DNA from: a virus
Lineage: Duplodnaviria; Heunggongvirae; Uroviricota; Caudoviricetes
Length of the DNA: 26,439 bases
Direction: 5' to 3' (one strand)
Virus record (IMG/VR): IMGVR_UViG_2651869691_000005
The notes beneath the pieces are model-generated. The model saw only the letters and a program-made list of their open reading frames with translations, was not told where the DNA came from and ran no database searches. The position numbers and the translations under genes were made by a program. Below, one piece after another: positions 8,428 to 16,526 of the stretch. The number at the start of each line of letters is the position of its first letter. Positions within the stretch are counted from its first letter, which is position 1.

Positions 8428-10278
8428 TTATGCTGCCGGTGCATTTATCTCCAGCACCAGACTTTCTATCTCAACGCCATACGCTGCATTTTTGGTAATA
8501 TCCGTCAGCGTCAGCGCATTCAGCCCCAGTGTCAGACTGTCTTTTATGACCTGGAATGCCGGGCCAGCCACTCCATTCAGTTTCGGAGTAACCGTGGCAC
8601 TGCCGGCGGTGAACACCAGTTCCAGCGTCTGCCAGTCATTACTGTAATTCCCGAACTCGCCCAACTTTGTGTTTCCTGCTTTCTTGTGATGCATCAGATT
8701 CAGTTTGCCGTCTGTGGTCTGGGTGAAGAACGACATCAGGAACGGGTTACCAGTCCCGGTCATCGCCACGACGTCAGGTAACGCTACATCGGTATACAGA
8801 TAAATTCCCAGGCCGAACTGGTTGTTGGTCAGTGCGCCTGACAGTCGAAACTTACAGCTCAGTCTGCCACCCCGTGTCAGCAGGGAGACTGCGTCATCCA
8901 CCGGATGCATCAGGGACCAGGTTTTATTGCTCTGCTTGGCGATCTTAAATACACCACCCGACAACTGAATTCCGCCGTCCTTAATGGTCCAGCCCTGCGC
9001 AGCAGCCTCTCCGGCTGTCGGCAACAGGGAGATTGTGCGTACGGATGCATCTTCAGACGGCCCCGATGGCGTGTTGCCGCCGGGCGAGGGTTTGATTTCC
9101 GGTGCCTTACCACTGATGAAAGCTGAGGTGCGCCCGGCTGCGTTCAGAATAGCGGTTGCCATACGATCCGGAATAATGCTCCTGCGCGCCCATGAACTGA
9201 AATGTGTCGGGCGGTTTGATGATACCTGGTTTCCATTCGTTCTCGATGCCGCACCGTAATATCCTGATGCCGGAATATCCGGATCTTCTGCCGGTGCGTT
9301 AGTGGCGGTATTGACGCCGTTACCGTCTGTCATGAAGGGCACAAAATAAACGCCCTCACTCTCCCTGTTTTTATACCCGCCGTACACGGTGTCGTACTGG
9401 GTAGCGTATGTATTTTTCCAGTAATACGTCGTGTCACCACAAATCCACGGCACATTTACAGCACTGCCACCATGACACTGCGCGTTAAACACAGTGAGGT
9501 CAGCACGAAACTGCTTCAGCATGGCTGTAAACAGCGCAGGTTGCTGTGCGTAGGTGGCGGCGCTCATGTCAAACTCTCCCTGCATCCAGCACACCGCCAG
9601 CAACACATTTTTCGGGTTCTTCTGTAATGCAGCTTTAGTGCGCGCAATCAGGTCCTGATATAACGGTTTACCCACCCCCCAGCGCGCCGAATCCTGGCTG
9701 GCCCCCGCGTCCGCACTGAATGTCCCCTCCGCGCCCTGGGTGAATGCCGAACCACCACGACAGCATGGTACCAGCAGGATCCCCGCGTTATTCGGGATAT
9801 ACGGGAGCAGTTTTTTGGCAATATGTAAGCCCTGGCCGACACAGCCGTACTGCCCTTTGCTCAGGTCTGCCTTCGGATGATTCAGCGTACTCATATCCTG
9901 CACATCATGCAGACAGTGGTCAGCCGGGATGATGTCGTTATACGTACAACTCTCTCCACCCGGAGTTACCGTGCTGCGGCGCGCCAGCTGTTTAATGCGC
10001 GGATCCGGAGCATCGTAAGAATCCGGTAACGGAAGCCCTTCACCGTAGGCCATGCCGTTGGACTGTCCGGCAAGCACAACCACGTAGAACCAGTCCGGCT
10101 CAGTTGCACCACTGACGACCACATCACCTTCTGCTGCAATCGCCTGCATCAGGGTATAAGGGGTTATGGCCACCGGACTACCAAACGGCTGCCAGCCCTC
10201 TTTCAGTTTATGTGTCAGCTTTTCCGCAAGATCTGACGGCGACGCCGCCCTGACAACATCATAGTGTTTAAATGCCAT
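8428..10278 (-). CDS. nanS-p: Prophage sialate O-acetylesterase (NanS-p-like; N-terminal DUF1737-like segment plus SGNH/SASA esterase domain)
   Basis: Large ORF; N-terminus MAFKHYDVVRAASPSDLAEKL... and a GQSN esterase motif (VVVLAGQSNGMAYGEG). Sits immediately upstream of S, as the nanS-p genes do in EHEC Stx prophages. Start chosen at ATG 10276-10278 for its better SD. Confidence 0.8.
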   Translation of the reverse strand: MAFKHYDVVRAASPSDLAEKLTHKLKEGWQPFGSPVAITPYTLMQAIAAEGDVVVSGATEPDWFYVVVLAGQSNGMAYGEGLPLPDSYDAPDPRIKQLARRSTVTPGGESCTYNDIIPADHCLHDVQDMSTLNHPKADLSKGQYGCVGQGLHIAKKLLPYIPNNAGILLVPCCRGGSAFTQGAEGTFSADAGASQDSARWGVGKPLYQDLIARTKAALQKNPKNVLLAVCWMQGEFDMSAATYAQQPALFTAMLKQFRADLTVFNAQCHGGSAVNVPWICGDTTYYWKNTYATQYDTVYGGYKNRESEGVYFVPFMTDGNGVNTATNAPAEDPDIPASGYYGAASRTNGNQVSSNRPTHFSSWARRSIIPDRMATAILNAAGRTSAFISGKAPEIKPSPGGNTPSGPSEDASVRTISLLPTAGEAAAQGWTIKDGGIQLSGGVFKIAKQSNKTWSLMHPVDDAVSLLTRGGRLSCKFRLSGALTNNQFGLGIYLYTDVALPDVVAMTGTGNPFLMSFFTQTTDGKLNLMHHKKAGNTKLGEFGNYSNDWQTLELVFTAGSATVTPKLNGVAGPAFQVIKDSLTLGLNALTLTDITKNAAYGVEIESLVLEINAPAA

Positions 10279-10538
10279 GGTTCTTTCCACCATCTGAAAA
10301 ATAATTCTTTAAAATACCTGACATGTAATACAGAAAAAACACAAAACCATACCTTAAATAAAAACCTCATCATCAAGCAGATATGCATGGATAAACTACA
10401 AGACGAGATATAAACCACCCTGCATTTAAATAAACAATAAACAACATCAGAAAAATAATTCTGCTCTATGGTTTACAATCAAAAATATCATTTATACTTT
10501 TCAGAACATCACCAGCAAGGCATAAACAAGGAAACTAA

Positions 10539-10874
10539 ATGAAGTGGATTGTGATTGATACAGTTATCCAGCCATCATGCGGAATATCTTTTTCAGTCAT
10601 ATGGAGTAAAATAAAATTAATAATCTGGTATCAATCGGATGCTTTCTTACCTCCTGAAAGTATATTTACACTGACTCACACAGGTATCATGCTCAATAAC
10701 AAAGTGCTACCTGTAACCATTTACAACGTAGTACCATTCAATAAAACATTCTGGAATTTAATCAAAAACAGCCAGGAATGCCCTACAAATACAGATAACG
10801 TATTGAATGAATGCTTTAATAACCGTTGCACTCTGCAAATATGTCCTTATGGGCTAAAACAACAAAATCCATAA
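10539..10874 (+). CDS. Hypothetical protein (111 aa) in AT-rich cargo segment
   Basis: ORF with a good SD (AAGGAAACTAAATG); Cys-containing C-terminus. No family recognised. Antisense to the late operon. Confidence 0.35.
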   Translation: MKWIVIDTVIQPSCGISFSVIWSKIKLIIWYQSDAFLPPESIFTLTHTGIMLNNKVLPVTIYNVVPFNKTFWNLIKNSQECPTNTDNVLNECFNNRCTLQICPYGLKQQNP

Positions 10875-11306
10875 GGAGTTTACTCACATCTGACAAAATC
10901 AATATAAACAGCCCCTCCGGAGAGGGGCTGGAGAGTGGCGCTATGTGCCATTGCATGGTGCCGGGTGCCTCCCGGTGAATTCAGTACCAGCACCTGAATC
11001 CGCGATTATCCCATATACCTACTCGCTGATTGCCCCTCCGCACAGGGGGATTCACCATGCCAGTTTCTTTTAACAAACTCCCCGCAAACCAGACAACAGT
11101 CAACCGCCTGAATTGTGAAGTATTTAAAAATTTCTCCGGCTAACAGTCTGGCGTTTTCTTTTTCAGCAACGGGAAAGCAACAACCACCACACCCGCCACC
11201 AGTACACAGTCAGCCAGCACTGACATTATCCGGCTGCTGCAATGCCATTCACAAAAACAGTAAGCAATCACTTTTTACCGTAACAGGTGATAATCCAGAT
11301 ATGTAT

Positions 11307-11633
11307 CTACCCCAGATGAGTAATCCGAAGTTCATCCATACCACAGGTCCTGGCTATTCTGTTGTACTCCTGAACAAGAGCAAATAATTCTGAATTAGCA
11401 ACCATGAACTCATCGCAAACCCTCTGTATAGCATCACTATTCAGAATAATAACGTCTCTTCCCAAAAGACGATCAGGAGTACAGAACAAAACTGTCAAAC
11501 GGCTGAAGGCCTTTGCTCGTGCTGCATTGACTATATCAATACGCTGCCTAAGGATGAAACACCCCGACGCCTCATCAATATTCACTCTACCCACACCATA
11601 TGAATGATAAATATTTAATACTGAAAAAACCAT
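11307..11633 (-). CDS. Hypothetical protein (~108 aa from first ATG) in AT-rich cargo segment
   Basis: Minus-strand ORF directly downstream of the tRNA cluster, at the position stxA occupies in Stx phages. Hydrophobic N-terminus; weak RBS; no family recognised. Confidence 0.3.
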   Translation of the reverse strand: MVFSVLNIYHSYGVGRVNIDEASGCFILRQRIDIVNAARAKAFSRLTVLFCTPDRLLGRDVIILNSDAIQRVCDEFMVANSELFALVQEYNRIARTCGMDELRITHLG

Positions 11634-11770
11634 TAGACCGTATAACAAACACTCAATCAATACTTAACAGAACTTTTATTTTTGACAAACATATAATATT
11701 TTCAACAATATCCTGAGCCAGGTATATTCCAGTATAAGGCTCTGCCGGAAGAAATCTGGAAGAATGAATA

Positions 11771-11847
11771 TGGCGCGTTGTACTGGATTCGAACCAGTGA
11801 CCGATTGCTTAGAAGGCAATTGCTCTGTCCGGCTGAGCTAACAACGC
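11771..11847 (-). tRNA. tRNA-Arg (anticodon UCU)
   Basis: Reverse complement GCGTTGTTAGCTCAGCCGGACAGAGCAATTGCCTTCTAAGCAATCGGTCACTGGTTCGAATCCAGTACAACGCGCCA folds as a canonical cloverleaf with a TCT anticodon, TTCGAAT T-loop and encoded CCA. Confidence 0.8.
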
Positions 11848-11860
11848 ATAATGCAGATAA

Positions 11861-11937
11861 TGGATTGCCATCGGGGACCCGGGCCCCACACAGCCAGTTT
11901 CGAAAGCTGACGCTCTCTGCCGATGAGCTAATGGCGG
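11861..11937 (-). tRNA. tRNA-like element, possibly a degenerate tRNA (candidate anticodon UCG)
   Basis: Lies between two clear tRNAs with a D-arm-like GCTC...GAGC, but the acceptor stem has two terminal mismatches and the T-loop is CCCGGGT rather than TTCRANY. Confidence 0.35.
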
Positions 11938-11944
11938 TATGTGA

Positions 11945-12020
11945 TGGTGGCCCTTGCTGGATTTGAACCAGCGACCTGGCGATTATGAGTCGCTCGCTCT
12001 CACCACTGAGCTAAAGGGCC
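11945..12020 (-). tRNA. tRNA-Ile2 type (anticodon CAU, ileX/ileZ-like; elongator Met cannot be excluded from sequence alone)
   Basis: Reverse complement GGCCCTTTAGCTCAGTGGTGAGAGCGAGCGACTCATAATCGCCAGGTCGCTGGTTCAAATCCAGCAAGGGCCACCA; canonical cloverleaf, closely resembling E. coli ileX as recalled. Confidence 0.8.
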
Positions 12021-12069
12021 GGTAGCAGAATAATAATGGTGCGTAATTAATTCTGCAATCCCATCCGTT

Positions 12070-13119
12070 TCAAACGATTAAATCCTGAACTTCCCTGACT
12101 GTCTGTTCAAAACGTCCTGTCTCCAGCTCAACACCAATCGCACAACGCCCCAGTGCCATCGCCGCTTTTACCGTTGAACCTGAACCCATAAAAAAATCTG
12201 CAACCAGGTCTCCCGGACGACTGCTCGCGTTGATTATCTGCTGCAGCATTTCTGCCGGTTTTTCGCACGGATGTTTCCCTGGATAGTACTGCACCGGTTT
12301 ATGCGTCCAGACATCGGTGTACGGAACCTGCGCCGTCACACCGAAATACCGCCGCAAATTTTTATATTCACTCAGCAGTTCCGTATACTGCCGGTTCAGC
12401 TCACTGTATGTGCTGACCAGCTGGTGGTGTGGCTTTTCCAGTTCCCCGCGCTGATGTTTTTCTGCCGCAACACGCGCAAACAACGCCTGCAATTTGTTGT
12501 AATTACCCTCGTTCGGTAACTGCCACTGACTGGTACCAAACCAGTGCGAAGCCATGTTTTTCTTTCCGGTGGCTTCCGCTATCTGTTTTGACGTTATTCC
12601 CAGTGATTTACGCGCATCACGAAAGTAAGAAATCAGCGGGGCCATGACGTGCTGTTTTAGCTCGCGCCCCTGTGCCACATAGCCATCATCTTTCGGGCGA
12701 TACGGTCCCTGATAATGTTCTGCAAACAGAATGCGCTCTGTTGCCGGAAAATACGCCCGCAGACTTTCCTTATTGCACCCGTTCCAGCGTCCGGACGGCT
12801 TCGCCCAGATAATGTGGTTCAGCACATTAAAGCGCTCACGCATCATGATTTCGGTGTCAGATGCCAGGCGATGACCACAGAACAGGTAAAGACTTCCGGC
12901 AGGCTTCAGTACCCGCCAGAACTGCGCCAGACACTGGTCCAGCCATTTCAGGTAATCATCGTCGCCCTCCCACTGGTTATCCCAGCCCTCGGGCTTCACT
13001 TTAAAGTATGGCGGGTCTGTGACTATCAGATCGACAGAGTTTTCCGGTAAGGTCTGGATAAATTCCAGGCAATCAGCGTTGATTAACTCACAACTGGATA
13101 TTTTTACAGTATTAATCAT
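12070..13119 (-). CDS. Orphan DNA methyltransferase (beta-class amino-MTase, probably N6-adenine)
   Basis: 349-aa ORF with motif IV DPPY near the N-terminus (LIVTDPPYF) and motif I FxGxG near the C-terminus (DFFMGSGST). No restriction endonuclease ORF is adjacent. Confidence 0.85.
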   Translation of the reverse strand: MINTVKISSCELINADCLEFIQTLPENSVDLIVTDPPYFKVKPEGWDNQWEGDDDYLKWLDQCLAQFWRVLKPAGSLYLFCGHRLASDTEIMMRERFNVLNHIIWAKPSGRWNGCNKESLRAYFPATERILFAEHYQGPYRPKDDGYVAQGRELKQHVMAPLISYFRDARKSLGITSKQIAEATGKKNMASHWFGTSQWQLPNEGNYNKLQALFARVAAEKHQRGELEKPHHQLVSTYSELNRQYTELLSEYKNLRRYFGVTAQVPYTDVWTHKPVQYYPGKHPCEKPAEMLQQIINASSRPGDLVADFFMGSGSTVKAAMALGRCAIGVELETGRFEQTVREVQDLIV

Positions 13120-13269
13120 AGATCAATAAGCACTTCTCTGATAGGCTCATACCGCTTTTGCGCAAAGCAGATGGGCCTGAGGTTTGCTTGTGACCCCAAC
13201 GCATGAGCAGATGGCTGGCAGGTGCCGCTAACACCCACCAGCCGCCCATTACCACAAATTAAAAAGCCT

Positions 13270-13467
13270 TCACTGCGGAAGGCGTCTGTAACAACCGAAC
13301 TGATAATCTGCCAGACCCGCCATAACAAGCTGAGTCAGTATTAACTGGCAGCGTTCGCGTGAAAGGTAAGTATTCTGCGCAATTTCCCCGACGGTCGCCG
13401 GTTCGGTGACGCTTAATTCATTAAACACCACTCTGGCGGTTTCGGTCATATCCTGCTGTTTTAGCAT
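13270..13467 (-). CDS. Hypothetical small winged-helix-like protein (65 aa)
   Basis: Internal ATG at 13465-13467 chosen within track ORF 13270..13590; MLKQQDMTETARVVFNELSVTEPATVGEIAQNTYLSRERCQLILTQLVMAGLADYQ looks like an HTH. Lies just downstream of the terminator after Q. Confidence 0.35.
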   Translation of the reverse strand: MLKQQDMTETARVVFNELSVTEPATVGEIAQNTYLSRERCQLILTQLVMAGLADYQFGCYRRLPQ

Positions 13468-13589
13468 GCTTTTTTCCCTTTTCCGGTTAACGTGACATAC
13501 CAATACCTCTTGTCGAAAAAGCCAGCAAGCTGAAAGACCAGTATTCACAACTACCAGCGCGTTTAATGTTCTGTGCCGTTTTTCAGACA

Positions 13590-13616
13590 TAAAAAAACCC
13601 GCATAAAGCGGGTTCT
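13590..13616 (-). terminator. Intrinsic terminator downstream of Q (candidate tR')
   Basis: Minus strand reads AACCCGCTTTATGCGGGTTTTTTTAT: a 7-bp GC-rich stem, 5-nt loop and U-run, about 80 nt after the Q-like stop. Confidence 0.65.
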
Positions 13617-13698
13617 TTCAGGTGTCCATGTCTGCTATTCGCCTCGCGGTATAGCTTTGCGAAGCGTAGCTGGATTGAAACAGTTTATGCGTAAAAAA

Positions 13699-14241
13699 TC
13701 AAGACATTTTTTGAGCAAACGATTCTCGCATAGGGATGTATAGCGCATATTCAGCAACAGCCAACCAATTAGCAATTCGCTTTTCGCATGTACTAAAACA
13801 CCATTCCGGGTGCACCTCATTCAACAATTCAGCCATTTTGCGTTTACTCATCCCCCGCCCTTCGTACCTTTGCCGCAGGATATCAATCAATCCAGGATAA
13901 CGTGCAAGCGCTTTACTTATCACCCCATCAATGCGTAACGCCTCTGCATCAGTACAGTGAGACAACCAGCTCTTCTGTCTGCCAGCGATCATCTCTCGCA
14001 AGAATGCTTCCAGCTCTGGTTTATCAATCCCTGACTCCCTGATTCTACGCAGGGCTTCATTGATTGCGGTTTTTGTCAGTTTTTTGGATGCCAGCAACTG
14101 ATTGAACATATTTCCTGGTTTGCCACCACCTATATACGACCAACGCCCCCACATCCGTAATTTCCCCTGGATCCAGACGGCTTCCAGCGTTTTTAGACGT
14201 AAATGCTCGCCGCTTTTGCCTGTAATTTCCGGGTATATCAT
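13699..14241 (-). CDS. Putative late antiterminator (Q-like)
   Basis: Assigned mainly by position: directly downstream of rusA and upstream of a strong terminator and the late genes. I do not recognise the sequence with certainty. Start ambiguous (ATG 14239-14241 or GTG 14251-14253). Confidence 0.5.
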   Translation of the reverse strand: MIYPEITGKSGEHLRLKTLEAVWIQGKLRMWGRWSYIGGGKPGNMFNQLLASKKLTKTAINEALRRIRESGIDKPELEAFLREMIAGRQKSWLSHCTDAEALRIDGVISKALARYPGLIDILRQRYEGRGMSKRKMAELLNEVHPEWCFSTCEKRIANWLAVAEYALYIPMRESFAQKMS

Positions 14242-14249
14242 ATTTACGA

Positions 14250-14615
14250 TCACTCACTCTCAATTTTGTAAATCTTCACGCCCAGCCGTCCCCCAGGAAC
14301 GCGCTGACCGCGCACAATATTGATTTCATCAAACTGCTCGTCGTCTATGAGAAGTCCGGCATGCGTCAGCGCATCCAGTGGTGCTTTCAGGATATTGTCC
14401 AGGTCACGACGACGTTTATCCGGTGGCTCTGCAATAATCTTTATCGCCAGCCTTCCGGACAGGTTTAATTTCAGCCGCTGCTGGCGAACAATAAGCGCCA
14501 CATCACGGCGATAACGCTCACCGGCTTTTGATACAAAATATGTGCTGCCACGACGTCGCCAGTAAGTGTTCACCGTTGGCGGGTAAGGCAAAACAAATTC
14601 TATGCGTTCAGTCAT
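14250..14615 (-). CDS. rusA: Holliday junction resolvase RusA
   Basis: 121-aa ORF MTERIEFVLPYPPTVNTYWRRRG...PDKRRRDLDNILKAPLDAL...; RusA-like length, catalytic DLDN region and nin-region position. Confidence 0.85.
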   Translation of the reverse strand: MTERIEFVLPYPPTVNTYWRRRGSTYFVSKAGERYRRDVALIVRQQRLKLNLSGRLAIKIIAEPPDKRRRDLDNILKAPLDALTHAGLLIDDEQFDEINIVRGQRVPGGRLGVKIYKIESE

Positions 14616-15743
14616 TCATGCTTTCCACTTCAGGACACCCGAATTTCTCGCGTGCATTAAAAAACGAATCAGCAACAACAGCTGGCTGCCGTGTTTTTCT
14701 TCAAAATCTTTTACCCCGGCGTGTAGTTCGCTATGGCATTTACGGCACAGCGGAATAACAAACAAATCATCAGCCTTTGTTCCCATCCCTCCCAGTCCAT
14801 GACCAATGATGTGATGCGGATCATCTGCCTGATTACCACACGTCATGCATTTCTGCGTTTTTACCCAACGCGTGTATACAGGCATCTCTTCCCGTCGTGG
14901 TTTCTGGCGCTGGAGATACTGAGCCGGTGACTCCGGATCAACGGCAATGCTTACCACCGTCTTTTCCTGTGGCGGGTTTTGCTGGTGGGCGTGAGGCAGT
15001 AGCGCAATATTTTTTGTGCGCTGCTTCAGCATGCTGGTGGCGGTCTGCTCTCCCGGCACGATGTCGCTCTCGCGGTATACTGAGCGAATTTTTTCCGCGC
15101 GTAATCCCAGTGAACGACGTAACACCGTCTCCGGTAGTGCGTCCGCTACGTTATTTATGGTTGCCCACCAGGATAATTCAGCCAGCGATAATTCCCGCTC
15201 CTGCGTGCCATTCATTGCGTGGCGGATGACATCAATCATCCATGCTGACAGGTTTTGGTGAGCAAGCTGCCCGAGTGATTCGGAAGTCTGGTTACGCAGC
15301 TGGTTGTCGCAGTGCCAGCACAACACCATCGCGCCGGTACCGTAACAATGTATGACGGTTTCACTGTGATGGTAGTCACCATGAGGCCACTGGCAGGATT
15401 TAATGTGGCGTAACAGCCAGTCAGACAATGCACCAGCACCACCAGCAGCACGAATCACCCGCTCATCGCTGAAAAATGGCAGTAATGATTTATCCTCCGC
15501 CAGCGGCTGGCGAACAGCAGGAACGACTCCGGACGGCAGACCGCGCATGCTTTTCGGTTCCGGCTCCACCAGAACTCGAGGGTTATGAAATACCTGCATG
15601 GATTCACGGCCCGGTTTTAGCACCACCAGCCCAAGTTCCGGTACCGGAACAGGTCGAAGTAATACCCGCACGTTACCTCCAGATGCGTTGCTGGAATGTG
15701 CGGGACGGACGCGGTGGGCGTTCGGAATAAGGGAGCCTGACAT
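14616..15743 (-). CDS. DUF968-family prophage protein with C-terminal HNH-like zinc-binding motif
   Basis: C-terminus CMTCGNQADDPHHIIGHGLGGMGTKADDLFVIPLCRKCHSELH (two Cys pairs plus HH). Same position as ydfU-type genes in Qin-like prophages as recalled. Start uncertain; internal ATG at 15597-15599 is an alternative. Confidence 0.65.
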   Translation of the reverse strand: MSGSLIPNAHRVRPAHSSNASGGNVRVLLRPVPVPELGLVVLKPGRESMQVFHNPRVLVEPEPKSMRGLPSGVVPAVRQPLAEDKSLLPFFSDERVIRAAGGAGALSDWLLRHIKSCQWPHGDYHHSETVIHCYGTGAMVLCWHCDNQLRNQTSESLGQLAHQNLSAWMIDVIRHAMNGTQERELSLAELSWWATINNVADALPETVLRRSLGLRAEKIRSVYRESDIVPGEQTATSMLKQRTKNIALLPHAHQQNPPQEKTVVSIAVDPESPAQYLQRQKPRREEMPVYTRWVKTQKCMTCGNQADDPHHIIGHGLGGMGTKADDLFVIPLCRKCHSELHAGVKDFEEKHGSQLLLLIRFLMHARNSGVLKWKA

Positions 15744-16017
15744 AGATTATCCAGTGACGATAATCGAGGCTGAGGGCTTTCTTAATCTCGTATCCGCGTC
15801 TGCGGTAGTTATGAATTAGCCATTCGGCCTGTTCTTCAGTACATGGTGGGTGTTGGTACCAGTCGGTTTTAAATGCGTGTGAACGCCGCCCATGCCGGAT
15901 GGCAAGGTCGGTATCAGAATTGTGAAATTTGGTTTTGTGCACCATCTGTTTTCTCTGCTGGCGCAGCAGGTGTCAGGTGTTCAGGCTGACGTGCGAATTG
16001 TAAACCAGAATGCCAGG

Positions 16018-16045
16018 AAAAAACAAAACCCGCCGAAGCGGGTTA
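16018..16045 (-). terminator. Intrinsic terminator at the 3' end of the hok transcript
   Basis: Minus strand reads AACCCGCTTCGGCGGGTTTTGTTTTTTCC: stem-loop with GC-rich stem and U-run, about 70 nt downstream of the hok stop. Confidence 0.65.
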
Positions 16046-16112
16046 AGTGCGGGTGCGTTGAGGATGCCTGACTCATCAGAGGTGGCGAGGGATTTCTCCC
16101 TCGCCTGGTCTC

Positions 16113-16268
16113 TTACTCCTCAGGTTCGTAAGCTGTGAAGACAGCGACCTCCGTCTGGCCGGTTCGGATTCGTACCTCGCAGAGGTCTTTCCTCGTTACC
16201 AGTGCCGTCACTATGACGGTTAAACAGATGACGATCAGGGCGATTAACATCGCCTTTTGCTGCTTCAT
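16113..16268 (-). CDS. hok: Hok/Gef-family type I toxin (51 aa; HokD/RelF-like)
   Basis: Found by manual translation (below the ORF-track size cutoff): MKQQKAMLIALIVICLTVIVTALVTRKDLCEVRIRTGQTEVAVFTAYEPEE, matching Hok/Gef family sequence as recalled. SD AAGGAG 8 nt upstream. A 19-codon upstream ORF (from 16322-16324) ends in ATGA overlap with the hok start. Confidence 0.8.
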   Translation of the reverse strand: MKQQKAMLIALIVICLTVIVTALVTRKDLCEVRIRTGQTEVAVFTAYEPEE

Positions 16269-16526
16269 AGCCTGCTTCTCCTTGACCTTTCGGTCCGTAA
16301 GAGGCTAATCTCTATGTGTCGCATAGATATGGCCTCAGATTAATGTTAAGCGTCTTGCAGGACGCGTAATGTTAACTGGGGCTTTTCTCTATCTGCCTTT
16401 TGGTGTTCATGCCTGAGACAGATAGCCTCAAGCACCCGCAGTCATTCTACTTAACTAAGATTTCCCCGCAAACCGTTTTTGTCCGGCACAGTAAATATCC
16501 AACTAAACCAATGGCGTTCGCTGTAT

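Noticed and set aside
8408-9932. ORFs inside or antisense to nanS-p (8408..8647, 8905..9126, 8910..9113, 8984..9259, 9648..9842, 9744..9932)
   Set aside because: Shadow frames of a long, well-supported esterase gene.
11115-11387. Plus-strand ORF 11115..11387 (90 aa)
   Set aside because: GTG start without an SD, and a product that is low-complexity and Pro/Gln/His-rich; more likely noncoding, though it lies in the cargo region flagged above.
10294-11770. Possibility that stx (Shiga toxin) genes are present
   Set aside because: The interval between the tRNAs and nanS-p is where stxAB sit in Stx phages, but no minus-strand ORF of ~319 aa plus ~89 aa exists here and none of the ORFs resembles StxA or StxB as recalled.
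12271-13328. ORFs antisense to the methyltransferase (12271..12519, 12429..12647, 12715..13050) and ORF 13116..13328
   Set aside because: Antisense shadow frames. 13116..13328 overlaps the methyltransferase start and the HTH ORF and has a Trp/Cys-rich, implausible product.
14897-15819. Plus-strand ORFs antisense to the DUF968 gene (14897..15229, 15016..15261, 15403..15588, 15476..15730, 15598..15819)
   Set aside because: Typical antisense frames in a GC-rich gene; no start signals.
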